Part shown: positions 1 to 12,867 of the stretch, one piece after another | Layout: each line of letters starts with the position of its first letter | Position numbering within the stretch: position 1 is the stretch's first letter | Assembly: GCA_002269645.1 (NCBI GenBank) | Contig: NIVC01004226.1 | Location: 1-54,108, forward strand | Direction of reading: 5' to 3' | DNA from: Macrostomum lignano | Lineage: Eukaryota | DNA length: 54,108 bases | Made by a program: the position numbers and the translations under genes | Notes under the pieces: model-generated | What the model was told of the DNA's origin: nothing | What the model saw: only the letters and a program-made list of their open reading frames with translations | The model's database searches: none

Positions 1-69
1 CGGTCATTAGTTATAACTTAAAAATCAATTTCTATCACTAACCAGAAAAGTGATATTTTACAGACTCAC

Positions 70-3000
70 CTGTCCATCTGGCACGCAGCTAAGCACCATA
101 TATATCTCTAGTACCAACTCTTTGCATCTGTTTAAGATAATCAAAACAGGTACTCCTAGCCAAACGGCCTTTCAGCATAAGCCGCCGATCCGCAGGAAAA
201 TGGCCGACAATTCGCCTAGGATTCGTGCAGTCGGCGCCGCTGACCGGATAGGCTCGAAGTCGGAATTCTCCGCCTGACTGTCGGCTATGCCGGACCAAAC
301 GTGTCGACGCGGTGGCTGCTGCTGCTGCTGAGCCACCCCAGCAATTCGCTTGCTAAGCTGCTGCCTAGCCAGAGCCTCGCGGCTATCGGCATTAATATTC
401 TTCCCAGCTTCCTTCTCGTCATCTTCGTCGTCGACAAGATCCATGGGATCGGCGTCGTCAGGCTGTTGTTCGACGACAGGTGTTGCTTGACCGACTGACG
501 ACTTCTCGGTGTTGCCATCCGCTGAAGGTTCGTCTGCGACAGCTGCGGTTGTGTAGTATGAATGATATGGTATGCCGTCTGATGAAGCTGGCGGAGGCTG
601 AGGCACCGATGCGACTGCGCGATCGTCGTCGTATTGCAAGCCGCTGCGACGTAAAGGCTGTCTGAGGAGCTTCTGCGATTGGTTGGAGAGGCTTGGCTTT
701 GAAGTACTGCGGCAGAAGTGTATGGCGGAATTGCGCTGATAGGGGCTGGGGATCTGGGAGGCTGGCACTGCAACTGAGGATCTGGGAGGCTGGCCCAGCA
801 ACTGAGGATCCGGGAGGCGGGCCCAGCAACTGAGGATCTGGGAGGCGGGCCAGCAACTGAGGATCTGGGAGCGGGCCCAGCAACTGAGGATCCGGGAGGC
901 GGGCCAGCAACTGAGGATCTGGGAAGCTGGCCCAGAAACTGAGGATCTGGGAAGCTGGCCCAGAAACTGAGGATCTGGGAAGCTGGCCCTGCAACTGAGG
1001 ATCTGGGAGGCTGGCTCATCAACTGAGGATCTGGGAGGCTGGCCCAGCAACTGAGGATCTGGGAGGCTGGCCCAGCAACTGAGGATCTGGGAGGCTGGCC
1101 TTGCAACTGAGGATCTGGGAGGCTGGCACTGCAACTGAGTATTCGGGAGGCTGGCCCAGCAACTGAGGATCTGGGACAACAGCCGGCACACACTACAGAG
1201 CCAGTGGAGACTCAAACCTCAGGCTCAGGCGATCCAGTCTGGCAAATGCGGCAGTTCATATCCGGCCACTTGTGCTCTGAATGTCGAGGCGTCGTGTCGC
1301 TAAAGATCTCAGCCAGCACGTCAATCTGCGGAGGCGAGGCCGCATCAGTATTGGACTTAGCGGAGCCCGGGGGCGTCCTGTGCACGACGGCCAGAGGAAC
1401 CGGCGCCTTTACCACCTGAGTTTAGTCAGACAGGTTATTTGGTTGCAATAAGTTTTTGAATAGGTGAATAAGTGAAATATGCAGGCGGGGAAATTTAGAA
1501 GAAAACCAACAAACTAGAAGTGTCAAGTAGGCATCAACAGAAGCATAATCGATAAACAAATAAAAGACACTAGGAAAGATACCAAGGACACAATAAGACG
1601 GATACCAAGGACACAATAAGACAGATACCAAGGACACAATAAGACAGATACCAAGGACACACTAAGACAGATACCAAGGACACAATAAGACAGATACCAA
1701 GGACACACAAAGACAGATACCAAGACACACTAAGACATACCAAGGACACACAAAGACAGATACCAAGGACACACTAAGACATACCAAGGACACACTAAGA
1801 CATACCAAGGACACAATAAGACAGATACCAAGGACACACTTAGACATACCAAGGACACAATAAGACAGATACCAAGGATACACTAAGACAGATACCAAGG
1901 ACACAATAAGACAGATACCAAGGATACACTAAGACATACCAAGGACACACAAAGACAGATACCAAGGATACACTAAGACATACCAAGGACACACAAAGAC
2001 AGATACCAAGGACACACTAAGACATACCAAGGACACACAAAGACAGATACCAAGGACACACTAAGACATACCAAGGACACACTAAGACATGCCAAGGACA
2101 CACTAAGACAGATACCAAGGACACACTAAGACATACCAAGGACACACAAAGACAGATACCAAGGACACAATAAGACAGATACCAAGGACACAATAAGACA
2201 GATACCAAGGACACAATAAGACAGATACCAAGGACACAATAAGACAGATACCAAGGACACAATAAGACAGATACCAAGGACACAATAAGACAGATACCAA
2301 GGACACACAAAGACAGATACCAAGGACACACTAAGACATACCAAGGACACACTAAGACATACCAAGGACACAATAAGACATGCCAAGGACACAATAAGAC
2401 AGATACCAAGGACACACTAAGACATACCAAGGACACAATAAGACATACCAAGGACACAATAAGACAGATACCAAGGACACAATAAGACAGATACCAAGGA
2501 CACACTAAGACATACCAAGGACACAATAAGACAGATACCAAGGACACACTAAGACATACCAAGGACACAATAAGACAGACACGAAGGACACAATAAGACA
2601 GATACCAAGGACACACTAAGACATACCAAGGACACACAAAGACAGATACCAAGGACACACTAAGACATACCAAGGACACACTAAGACATACCAAGGACAC
2701 ACTAAGACAGATACCAAGGACACACCAAGACATACCATGGACAAGAACATATAAATCCATTCGATCACTAACCATCGCTAACAGCCGCCTTACTAGTAGA
2801 CGGTTTGCTTAGTTGCTGCTGGCCGCTACTAGAAGAATCAGATCTAGGCAAGAAGCTGATCTTCTTCGAGCCGCTGGAATTCCTGCCGCCACGGCCGGCG
2901 CCGCCTCCGTAGGTTGCGCTTGAGGTTTCATAGAAAGACGCCGCGCCGTGAGACTGTTTTGTTGGCGATGACAATTTTTGTGGCGACAGCAATTGAGATT

Positions 3001-4038
3001 GCTGCTGCTGATTATGATGAGGCACTGCTTGCTGCAGATGGAGTTGCAGATTCTGAGACTGTTGATGTTGATCATCATAAGCGTAGCCGTGCTCGGGAGT
3101 GCCTGCGAATTCATCAACTTGATACATTATACATGTATCAGTTACTTTGGTGGATGATTGAACCCTCTACCTTAGTGCCCATATGGTGGGTGAAAGACCT
3201 CTCTTAGTCGTCCTAAGGTGGGTGATAGAACCCTCTCTCTTAGTCCTACTATGGTGGGTGAAAGACCTCTCTTTGTCATCCTATGGTGGGTGATAGAGCC
3301 CTCTCTTAGTCCTTCTATGGTGGGTGATAGAACCCTCTCTCTTAGTCCTTCTATGGTGGGTGATAGAGCCCTCTCTTAGTCCTTCTATGGTGGGTGATAG
3401 AGCCCTCTCTTAGTCCTTCTATGGTGGGTGATAGAACCCTCTCTTAGTCCTTCTATGGTGGGTGATAGAACCCTCTCTTAGTCCCCCTACGGTGGGTAAT
3501 AGAACCCTCACACTTACTTTTCTAGTGGGTAATAGAGTCCTCTCTTAGTCTTCCTTTGGTGGGTGACATTATCTGATGAATCCAATGAAATTCCCAATGG
3601 TTTTTTAAAGTAGATGTAGACATGCTTTTTAAATTATCCATTGACTAAAAATGAGAATACATTTAGAAATCTACACTAACCGGGACTCGGATTACGTCGC
3701 AGTCTGAGACACGACTCGCATCGAAATGAATTCACAGTCGAACTATCTTTATCGCCTCCAACTTTATTATTACTAACATTAGCAAGCAGGTGACTAACGC
3801 AGTCCCGATGAAACCAGTCTGAACAGCCTGGACAGCAGATCAAACCGGAACCATTCACTGATGGAGGATTTGAGCACTGACAACCAAGCCGGCGAAGATG
3901 CTGGTGACCCGGAGATTTGCTAGATGAACTCACCGCTGCAGCTGACACAGGCGGTTTTACACTGCCACCAATTGTGGAGCTGACACTACTGGTCAGCATA
4001 GCAGATAATCGCCTTATATAATGTTCTAGATATGCCAA
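70..4038 (-). CDS. PHD finger + SPOC domain protein, DIDO1/PHF3/PPS-like; partial (continues left of window), with two apparent frameshifts in the SPOC exon
   Basis: Phase-consistent exons: 4038-3681 (PHD: CQC..LICCPGCSDWFHRDC..FRCESC), 3117 or 3102 to 2783 (Q/S-rich), 1415-1218 (DVLAEIFSDTTPRHSEHKWPDMNCRIC, resembling DIDO1 DTTSQHRAHLFDLNCKIC), 735-70. The last exon has SPOC motifs WSGI..RAYPVSG..LKGRLARSTCFDYL, resembling DIDO1 WKGF..KAYPVSG..GGRIAPKTVWDYV. GT/AG sites at all junctions; strong CAG|GTGAGT donor at 70/69. Confidence 0.78.
750..1176. repeat. 27-bp minisatellite (GGAGGCTGGCCCAGCAACTGAGGATCT), intronic
   Basis: About 16 tandem units between exons 1218 and 735; explains the repetitive ORFs 172..1215, 285..1193 and 458..994. 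Confidence 0.95.
1563..2741. repeat. 21-23-bp minisatellite (AAGACAGATACCAAGGACACAAT), intronic
   Basis: About 50 tandem units visible directly. Confidence 0.95.
3161..3567. repeat. ~38-bp minisatellite (CTATGGTGGGTGATAGAACCCTCTCTTAGTCCTT), intronic
   Basis: About 10 head-to-tail units, no spacers. Confidence 0.92.
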
Positions 4039-4709
4039 CTGAGACTTTGGGTTAACCTTTTACAATTGCAGCTTTCAGTTAAACTTAACTTGGGTTAGAG
4101 ATGGCTGTAACAATAAGATCAGAGTGCATTATGAATTTTCCTAGGTTTTATGACAATATTCAAATAGAAATAAATGTATATTGCCAGTTTCAGAACAGGG
4201 GCAACTTTAGGTGCCAGGTTTTTTATGCCATGTGCCCACACTGCCCATGTTCTCATTGAGATAGTGAGAGCTAAAGTAAAGATGAATGCTTTTACCTTCA
4301 ATCTGTAGGCAGCTTATAAGTCCCTAGGATTGAAGACTCAAACAACAGAGATTTTTTGACATTACATATACGCATACATGCCCAAATTCAAAATTTCACC
4401 AAGCCATGCAACTTACTTTTTGACCAAAAATGCAACTTACCTATGAAAGAAATCCTAAATCAAAATTAATATACTTTTAGATAAACTGCAAGAGTAATTA
4501 TGACTGTATTACTAGGGCTAAATGCCTCATCATCTAATTAGTAATGCATCTATTTTTTCAGGTTGGCATTTTTGCTACTTACCTAGGCAAGACCTCTCAC
4601 CAACCAGATAAAATTGGCAGGGTCAGCCAAGTGTTAAGCATGTATTTACATACACATTCTGTGATTGAGGTAATAACTTCTATAACTATTAATATACTCG
4701 TATATACTC

Positions 4710-4710
<1 letters not shown>

Positions 4711-4759
<49 letters not shown>
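4711..4759. repeat. (TA)n microsatellite
   Basis: Perfect TA run. Confidence 0.95.
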
Positions 4760-4761
<2 letters not shown>

Positions 4762-5370
4762 ATTGTTTTATACTTATTCAATTCAAATTTGATTTAACTA
4801 AAAGAACCAAAAACTTTATAGCAAGATCAATTAAAGTCAAAGGCTTAGAATAAAAAGAGAATACTAATTTTGTTGCTTTTAGCAATAGCTAGGCCTAATC
4901 TTTCCTAGTATTCTTGTAGGTATAATACAGCAGTCCTCAACCTATTTTTTCAGGCAACCTTAATTTATTCACTTGCATCATTTTTTTGTTTGTGACCCCT
5001 TTTATAATCAATATAATGCATCATTTAGCATGACATATTATTATTTATTGGTGCTGCAACCCCTAGAAAATGGTCAGGCAACCCCAACGGGAATTGCAGC
5101 CTATAGGTTCAGAACCACTGGTATAATATATAATATTATATAGGCCCTATTAAAAATATTTCTGTGACTAAGGTCATACATGCCCAACACCCGTCCGATC
5201 TGTCTGAACCACATGGGTGAAATGGCCACCGGCTGAGGTAAGTTGCAAAATTGAAAATGGGAAAAATGAAAAATTGGGAGAAGAAAGAAAGGAGAGGAAG
5301 AGAAAAGGAAAAGAAAGGAAGAAGAGAGAGAGAGAGAAAGAGGAAAGAGAAAGAGAAAAAAAGAGAACAG

Positions 5371-5729
5371 AGGAACTAAGTAGCAATTAGGAGGAACTAA
5401 GTCGCAATTGGGAGGAACTAAGTCATAATCGGGAGGAACTAAGTTGCAATTGGGAGGAACTAAGTCACAATCGGGAGGAACTAAGTTGCAATCAGGAGGA
5501 ACTAAGTTGCAATTGGGAGGAACTAAGTTGCAATTGGGAGGAACTAAGTCGCAATCGGGAGGAACTAAGTTGCAATCAGGAGGAACTAAGTCGCAATCGG
5601 GAAGAACTAAGTCGCAATCAGGAGGAACTAAGTCGCAATCAGGAGGAACTAAGTCAGAATCGGGAAGAACTAAGTCGCAATTGGGAGGAACTAAGTTGCA
5701 ATTGGGAGGAACTAAGTTGCAATCGGGAG
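5371..5729. repeat. 21-bp minisatellite (GGAGGAACTAAGTYGCAATYG)
   Basis: About 17 units, preceded by a purine-only tract at 5270-5370. Confidence 0.95.
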
Positions 5730-5739
5730 ATTTTTTGCC

Positions 5740-5960
5740 TGTCCTCTAGGCGTTGTAGTAGTGTATCCAGGCATTGTATATATGGCAAATTTTTGAAGGC
5801 ATGATACATAGAAGGCTCCAATTTGTGTGCAGCACAATGGTGTTGGAAGAAATTGTTTCTTGCCCATGGTTTTAGCAAACTTGTAAGTCCAACTCTACTT
5901 CCTGTCATCACAGATGCTTTATCTGTTGTAACGTCCTGTGGGTTGTTGCATTTGCAAGAA
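5740..5960 (-). mobile_element. hAT (ZNF862/Charlie-like) transposase fragment
   Basis: Translation TTDKASVMTGSRVGLTSLLK..HHCAAHKLEPSMYHAFKNL resembles the hAT DGAxVM..CxxHxLEL catalytic region; short and decayed. Confidence 0.65.
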
Positions 5961-6293
5961 TCTCAATTTTTGCATTCTGCATAGATAGATCTCTATTAGA
6001 AGCAACCTCTGGATTTTGCACCTCTGGATTTTGTATTCTGTGTGGGATGGTGGTGTTTCTAGTTCTCTTGAATGTGCTGCAGCTGCACTATCACCTGATC
6101 CCTAGGCTATAAATTTTATTCTAATATTCAATGCGCACCAGAATAATCATTAACTTTTCCAAGAGTTACACGACCAAGTTTCCATTGTATAAAGAGCAAT
6201 GGCTTTCGCTCTTTAGCTGCAGAAAGGGGGCACTGGTTGATAGAATAGTCTTCATGGCCTTTTTTATCCCATTCACATGTAGGATTCAGTGTA

Positions 6294-7586
6294 TGAGGGC
6301 TGAGCAATAAGTTTCTGGGTGTGCATAGTTGAGAGGCAGCTGACAAAATCTGACACCATAGGTGTCAAGTACATTATATAAGTACAATATTTGTAAAGTT
6401 TCAAACACACTGGTCATATATAGCCAGTGTAGCATCCCAAACCAAGCTAGCATAGCCACCCTATCTATCAAATTCACAATGGAGCTCAATAGGAGTCATT
6501 TTAGAGCAATGATTTACTACCATTTTAAAAGTGGTTTGCGGCAGCAAGAAAGTCTTGAGCGATTGCGAGGAGCTTTTGGGGATGAAGCACCATCTAGATC
6601 CACCGTTTTTGACTGGTTTGCTGAATTTTGATGTGGCAGGCAGAGTCTGGATGATAAGGAGCGCAGCAGCTTGTCTGTCTCCACAACAACTGAGGATAAT
6701 GTTGCTGCTGTCCAGGCCATGGTTGAGGATGATGCCCGAGTGACTGGCCCAGATAGAGGCAGAGGTGGGTATTTCATCAGGATCCATCAGGACAATCCTG
6801 CATTCACATCTCAACCTGAGCAAGATTTCTGCATGCTAGGTGCCTCATCAGCTGACTCCGGAGCAGAAAGAGGCTCGAGTGACCTGGTGCCGCACTATGC
6901 TCAACAGATTCAATGGAGGCAGCTCAAACTTGGTCTGGGATATTGTCAGTGGTGACGAGTCCTGGATCCATAGTTTCGCCCCAGAGACTAAGCAGCAGTT
7001 GGCCCAGTGGACTCCAGTTGGCAGCACCCCACCATCCAAGCTTTGGTGAGAGTGCAGTGTGGCAAAGCAGATGGTGGCCATTTTTGTGGCAAAAACTGGT
7101 CATCTGGCCACAGTTCCACTTGTGCAGCAGCACACAGTCACTGGTGACTAGTACGCCAATGTTTGCCTGCCAGAAGTGCTGAGCACTCTCTCTAGGCATC
7201 GCCAAAGGACTCGAGCTTGGGGCATCCTTCTCTATCACAACAATGCCCCGGCCCACAAGGCTTGACAGGTGGCAGAGTTCCTGGCCGGAGAGCTCATTCA
7301 AGAGCTCGGTCATCCACCCTACAGCCCTGACCTGGCCCCCTGTTTCCACAAATCAAGCGCAGGATGCGTGAAATCCACTATGGATCATTAGAAGCTGCAA
7401 TGGAGGCTTTCATTCGGCATGTGGAAGAGGTGCCTGCTTTAGATTGGTCCAGCTATTTCAGCAAGTGGTAAAGTACATAAAAATTTACATCGAATCTGCT
7501 GGAAAGTACTTTGAAAAAATGTAACTGTTTTTTCTCTTAAACTATTTCTGTCTGGGCACATCTGGAAACTTATTGCTTAGCCCTCA
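6294..7586 (+). mobile_element. Mariner (D,D34D) transposon, full length but inactive
   Basis: 22-bp TIRs (TGAGGGCTGAGCAATAAGTTTC / GAAACTTATTGCTTAGCCCTCA), TA TSD at 6292-93 and 7587-88, 1.29 kb long. Transposase from ATG 6479 has HTH, (W>stop)VPHQLT, SGDESW, HNNAPAH and HPPYSPDLAPC motifs with frameshifts and stops. Confidence 0.95.
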
Positions 7587-7727
7587 TATAGTCAGGTGCA
7601 GGTCTATCTTTAAATGAAGTATATAATGACTCAAAGAATATACACCTATATATATATATATGTGTATGAGTGCACGAGTGTACATATACAAGTTAGTTTG
7701 CTAGACATATACAGTACAGTATGTAGA

Positions 7728-8424
7728 CCATAGTCAGGAAGGTGGCAGTTTGGTCGGAAAATTCCGGCGCACACAAGCCCTTTTTGGGCACACAACGGCG
7801 CACAACGGCGCACAGCGGCGCGCCACAACAGCGCACAGCGGCGCACACCAGAGGACACCGGCGCATGGCGGCGCGGCGCAGCGGGCGCCGCGCCACATGC
7901 AGCGTTACCCTTGTGGCGATCCCATGTAACGATGTAAGTCGTTACTTGTTACAGTACACTATTCACTGTTCTATCTAATGTAACACTGCATTCTACCAAA
8001 AAATAAAAAATAAAATAAAATATTTTCCTTTTCCTTTTTACCTTTGTTTTTGCCATTTGCTTACTTTAAATTAAAATTTTTTTTAATTTCTATTTTCGGT
8101 TTAACGATCTTAATTTCTCATAATATAATATAGATAGCCCGTAACCATATATATTTTTAAAAAAAAATATTTTTTTACTTTGAATGCCTGTACCATATCC
8201 ATAGTAATAACTATAAGAAATATTATAGGGGTAGGGTTTATTGAAAATATTGGCGCACAAAATTTGTTGCTATGTTGTAAAAAAAGGTCTTTTATTGTCG
8301 CAAGGCAGGTAGTGGCGGGCGCACAATGGCGCACACGAGGGTTTTTGTGTCGGCGCACGGCGCACAATTTTGGGAGAGGCCAAAATTTGTTCCGGCGCAC
8401 ACTTTGCCACCTTCCTGACTATGG
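7728..8424. mobile_element. Non-autonomous DNA transposon (MITE) with 20-bp TIRs and 8-bp TSD
   Basis: Ends CCATAGTCAGGAAGGTGGCA / TGCCACCTTCCTGACTATGG; TATGTAGA duplicated at 7720-7727 and 8425-8432; subterminal GGCGCAC repeats. Confidence 0.9.
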
Positions 8425-11400
8425 TATGTAGAGAATATAGCCTACAGGGTACAGGCTACAATGCAGTTTAGTACAATGCTACATAAGTGAATGATAAATC
8501 AATCAGTAAGTAAGGGCAGGAGAAAGGGAAGAGAAATGAGGTACTTCCATGTTTCAATAAGCACAAACATGCACAAGGCGTGCTAACCCCCCCCCCTGGT
8601 CCTTCAGTGTGGTGGTACATAAGTAAGTCGCAAATCTGGACAAAACTAAGTTGCACCAAACGGGTGAAATTTTGAGGTTGGGCATGTATGATCTAAAATA
8701 TAGTAAATTGTGGTAAAATTTGGAATAGCTATTATATTTATTGAGATATCAGTAGAATATTACTTATAAGTTATATTCTAGTTATTAGTAGGGACCCTAA
8801 AGAATTTATTGTTATTCTCAATTTTTAGGGACTAGGACCATAGCTAGTAACAAGGTCCCTAAGATAGGCCTAGGCCCTAGGCTCTAGTCTAATTAGGCTT
8901 AGGCCTAGTAATAGTAATTTCCTTAAAAGCTCCCTAGGCTACTGCCTAGGCTAGGGTCCAAGGAAATTCCATAAGGCTGATATCCTTTAGGCCTACTTAG
9001 TTAGCTAGTCGAGTCCTAGGCCATATTTTTTCCTAAATTTGCCTTTAACTTTAGGACCCTTATTGAAGTCTCTAAAATGAAGGTAAAATTAGTTCATTAA
9101 TATTATATTATATTCATATCATATCATTGGCTTTTAATTTTAATTACTTAAACCTACAGTTAAAATTAGACTTAGAGGCATACCTAGTGCAATAGCTCGG
9201 GATACTGGCATAATGCTAGGGCCTATTTTCTGGGGAATTTTCTTAGGCCTGCAGAATTGGATTTCTGCCTCAAATGTCAGGCGCAGATGGCACAGAGCAA
9301 GCTATCTACCTATATTTATATACTGACATATAGATTAGAGGAGCCATTACTAGTAGTAGTAGTAGTAAGTTTGGCTCAGGCAAGAAGCCTGTTTGGCCAG
9401 TATATGTCAGTGTATTTAATATTAATATTATTTCGATAGAATGGGATCTGTGCGGCGAGTTTTACAATAATATAGTATTTGAAAGGGCGCCAATTTTTTT
9501 TTTCTACGAAACTTCAAAAATCTTTAACGGCAAACAAAGCAAAAAGTATTTAAGTAAGGAATTAAAAAACAAGTATGGTGTCACTTGAATTCGTAGGTGA
9601 TAAAAATAAGTTTATATGTATTAATCAGACAAAAAAATCAGATAAAAGGATTGCTGGCAATTATTAGGCATTAAATATGAAGGGTATTTTTGAAGCAAAT
9701 ATGTAAGAAAGAAATAACCAAAAATAGAGTGCTTAAACAAAAATAAGGCGCGATTAGAAAAAGAAAATTTTTACATAAATAAACGCGTAATACGGGATAG
9801 ATTGCTAGCGCTATATAATACATTGATTAAAAAGAACTATTGTACACGTACAGTGATCAAGGCCTTGAAAACTAAAATTGGGATTTATTGGGCAACTCGT
9901 AAAAATGCCGAAGTTAAAAAGTTTGTTTTCAACAAAGTTTTAAAGATATGAAAAATACTGGGGCTAACTGCAAGCTTAGGTTTGAACAAATGTTTTTAAC
10001 TGTTTTTATTTTCACTAGGAATAACAAAACATTCCTTCATAGCAAATTTTCTTTTACAGTATCTATTTGAGAACATATTTGATTTATACGGGAATTTTCA
10101 ACCAACTCGTCTAGGAGACCCAAGGTACATCTGAAATCCGTTCCCTTATTCACTCGCAAGTTTTTCTATTATTTAATATTCGTAAAATGATTTTAGGAAT
10201 TCAACTGATGTTTCCAAAGCTAGTCATTTTTGTTTTTCTTACCTATGCGTCCATTATAGTGTGTCTTTACCTTTTATTTTTGAACGCTAAATAAACAGAT
10301 TAACCGCCTTGCGATGTACTTACTTTCAATGTGTCCATTTGGCTACATGGTATCTGCAGCGAATTTGATGTATTTGATCATTGTGCTTTACAACTGGTGA
10401 GGAAGATCTGCATTTCTCAGTTTTATCTGAGTTTCCTGAAATTTACATTTAAATTAAAAAAGGCCCCCATGGACTTTAAAGTTTTTAATAAATGTATTAG
10501 GCTAAGTGGTACAATATTTTTGTAAATTATAACACACGTAGTGAATAACATTTAACAAAAATAATTAGCCCTTGTTAAATTTTTCGGTGTAACGTTTTAG
10601 TGTTTTGTGGTTTCTTCAACTAAAGATATGCATGTACATGTTTGTACTGATTTACATGCATTTACATGCAGTGGCTAAAATAGTTCTAGAATTACAAGTG
10701 AGGCTATCAACATGTTACTATTTCTTTTTTATTATAATTTATTTATTTCCAAGAGTTAATTTCAAACTCTAAAGTGCTGTATTATTACCTGATGTATTTT
10801 TACTATTTTAGTGACAGATGATAACGCGTTTCCTATCACAAGCACAAATTCCTTAAAATATTCAATAGGATGTACTTTTGATTAAGAAACTGGATTGTTT
10901 TGTTTAGATATGCACTTTTTTTATAATTTGTCTTCTTGCTACTTGTTTCAGAATCGATCGAATCGACTGTTCTTCGATTGCAATTTACCCCGTGTGCAGC
11001 TTGTAAGAATTAAGGGCCTAATCAGAAGACATTAATAGCTTCAAGAATTCCGATATTTTAATTTTGACTTCCTAAACCGATTGATTTTGATGCCGTGTCA
11101 AGGATAAACATCCTATTGTGCAAAATAATAATCATTATTACTTTTAGTAGAAATATATTTGACTGATAAGATAAATAAGTTACCTTGTCTTCATACATGT
11201 TGTTTATCTTAAAGACGATTTTGCCAGACTATTTGCCTATTGGAAGTAGTACATTGCGAATTTCTATTTTACATACAAAATAGCAAAAATCCGAAATAAG
11301 TAGGAAGATAAGTCGAATATTATTACTGTGGTGGATTTGCAAAACTTTAAACAATTTTTCGATATTAAATACAGCGAAATTACCGCAGATGCCAAAAAAA

Positions 11401-11461
11401 CTTTGATCTATGAGACCTTTAATTTGATTACCACCTTAGAGAAGAATTAAGATTGAGGTAC

Positions 11462-11945
11462 CGGTGCCCCCCCCAAATTAAATGCCTCCCACCTCAAATG
11501 AAGTGGCGCCCCTCAAATGAAATGCCGGGCCCTCAAATGGAATGGCGCCCCCTGAAGTGAAATGCCGGGCCCTCAAATGAAAGGGTGCCCCCTTAAATGA
11601 AGGGGCGCCCCCTTAAATGAAGTGGCGCCCCCTCAAATGAATGGCGCCCTTCTTAAATGAAGTGGCGCCCCCTTAAATGAAATGCCGGCCCCTCAAATGA
11701 AATGGAGCCCCCTTAAATGAAGTGGCGCCCCCTTAAATGAAATGCGGGCCCCTCAAATGAAATGGTGCCCCTCAAATGAAATGGCGCCCCTCAAATGAAA
11801 TGCCGGGCCCTCAAATGAAATGCCGGGCCCTCAAATGAAATGCCGGGCCCTCAAATGAAATGCCGGGCCCTCAAATGAAATGGCGCCCCCTCAAATGAAA
11901 TGCCGGGCCCTCAAATGAAATGCCGGCCCCTCAAATGAAATGGCG
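11462..11945. repeat. 19-21-bp minisatellite (CCCCTCAAATGAAATGCCGGG / ..GTGGCGCC)
   Basis: About 24 units following a poly-C tract. Confidence 0.93.
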
Positions 11946-12867
11946 ATTCCAAAGATGCGGACCCATGGGAAAATTCCTGGATAAACGTTAAAATGTCAAA
12001 TTGTACTTTTACTAATTTATAGGATGTGGTTGAGAGTCGAGACTCAAACTCAGACTCAGACTCTAGCTCAGACTCGATTCATATTACACACTCGAATGTG
12101 ACTTTTTGGAAGTCTAGAAGGTGAGAAGTTGAGATTTGCTGCAGGAGTTAGAAAGCTTTTAGAGGTTGAATTCCTGCATTGATTTATATATTTCTTGTTC
12201 AGTAGAGAGACTGTCAATGAGAGGATGCTTAATGGTTTTTACTCTCGAATATCTGCTCACTCGAGACTTTTATTTTCCATAAATTATACTTCATGTTCGT
12301 GACTTTAGTATCATCGTACTCTCAAGGGGTGGCCTGGATTGCGTTATTTTATTTGCCTAGACATTTCTGCAAGTCATTTCGTTTCTACTGTATAGACGGC
12401 AATCCATGTCCAGTGGAAACGCGTACGTCTGACTCTGTGCATGAAAATTTGGCCTGGGGGTTGTTGTGTGATTGACGCTTAAATGTCACCCTCCTTTTGC
12501 TCTTATGTTCGAAACTATCAAGCGTGACCTATATGTATAAGTCAGATTGTCATCTGTCGTGATTTATTAAATTATTACTTTCGATCACCTGTCTATGCAA
12601 TCGCTCATTACCCCTGCACCGATCCCGCAATTACCCCTGCACCGATCCCGCAATGACTCATCCTAAGCCACATTCCTAGACACCCTTTTCCAGCCAATTA
12701 CCGTACGGCTCGGTGGTGACGTCACCATGTGACTCTCTTGTGGCCTATAAACATAATGAGTTGTTTCGGCCCGTCCTCGAGCAAACCTCGCCATCGTCAC
12801 CCCAATTGATCAGCTAGCTTGTCCCTGAGCTGTGAAAATCTTCGCCATTGTGATCTATTCCCCCCCC

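Noticed and set aside
3161-3567. CRISPR-like arrays (also 40390-40648 and 50378-50645)
   Set aside because: Units are head-to-tail with no unique spacers, the context is eukaryotic and intronic, and there are no cas genes.
5174-5237. Micro-exon (CAP-domain-like GHFTHVV on minus, or protease-like RPICL on plus)
   Set aside because: Too short, stops in the candidate frames, and no partner exons found.
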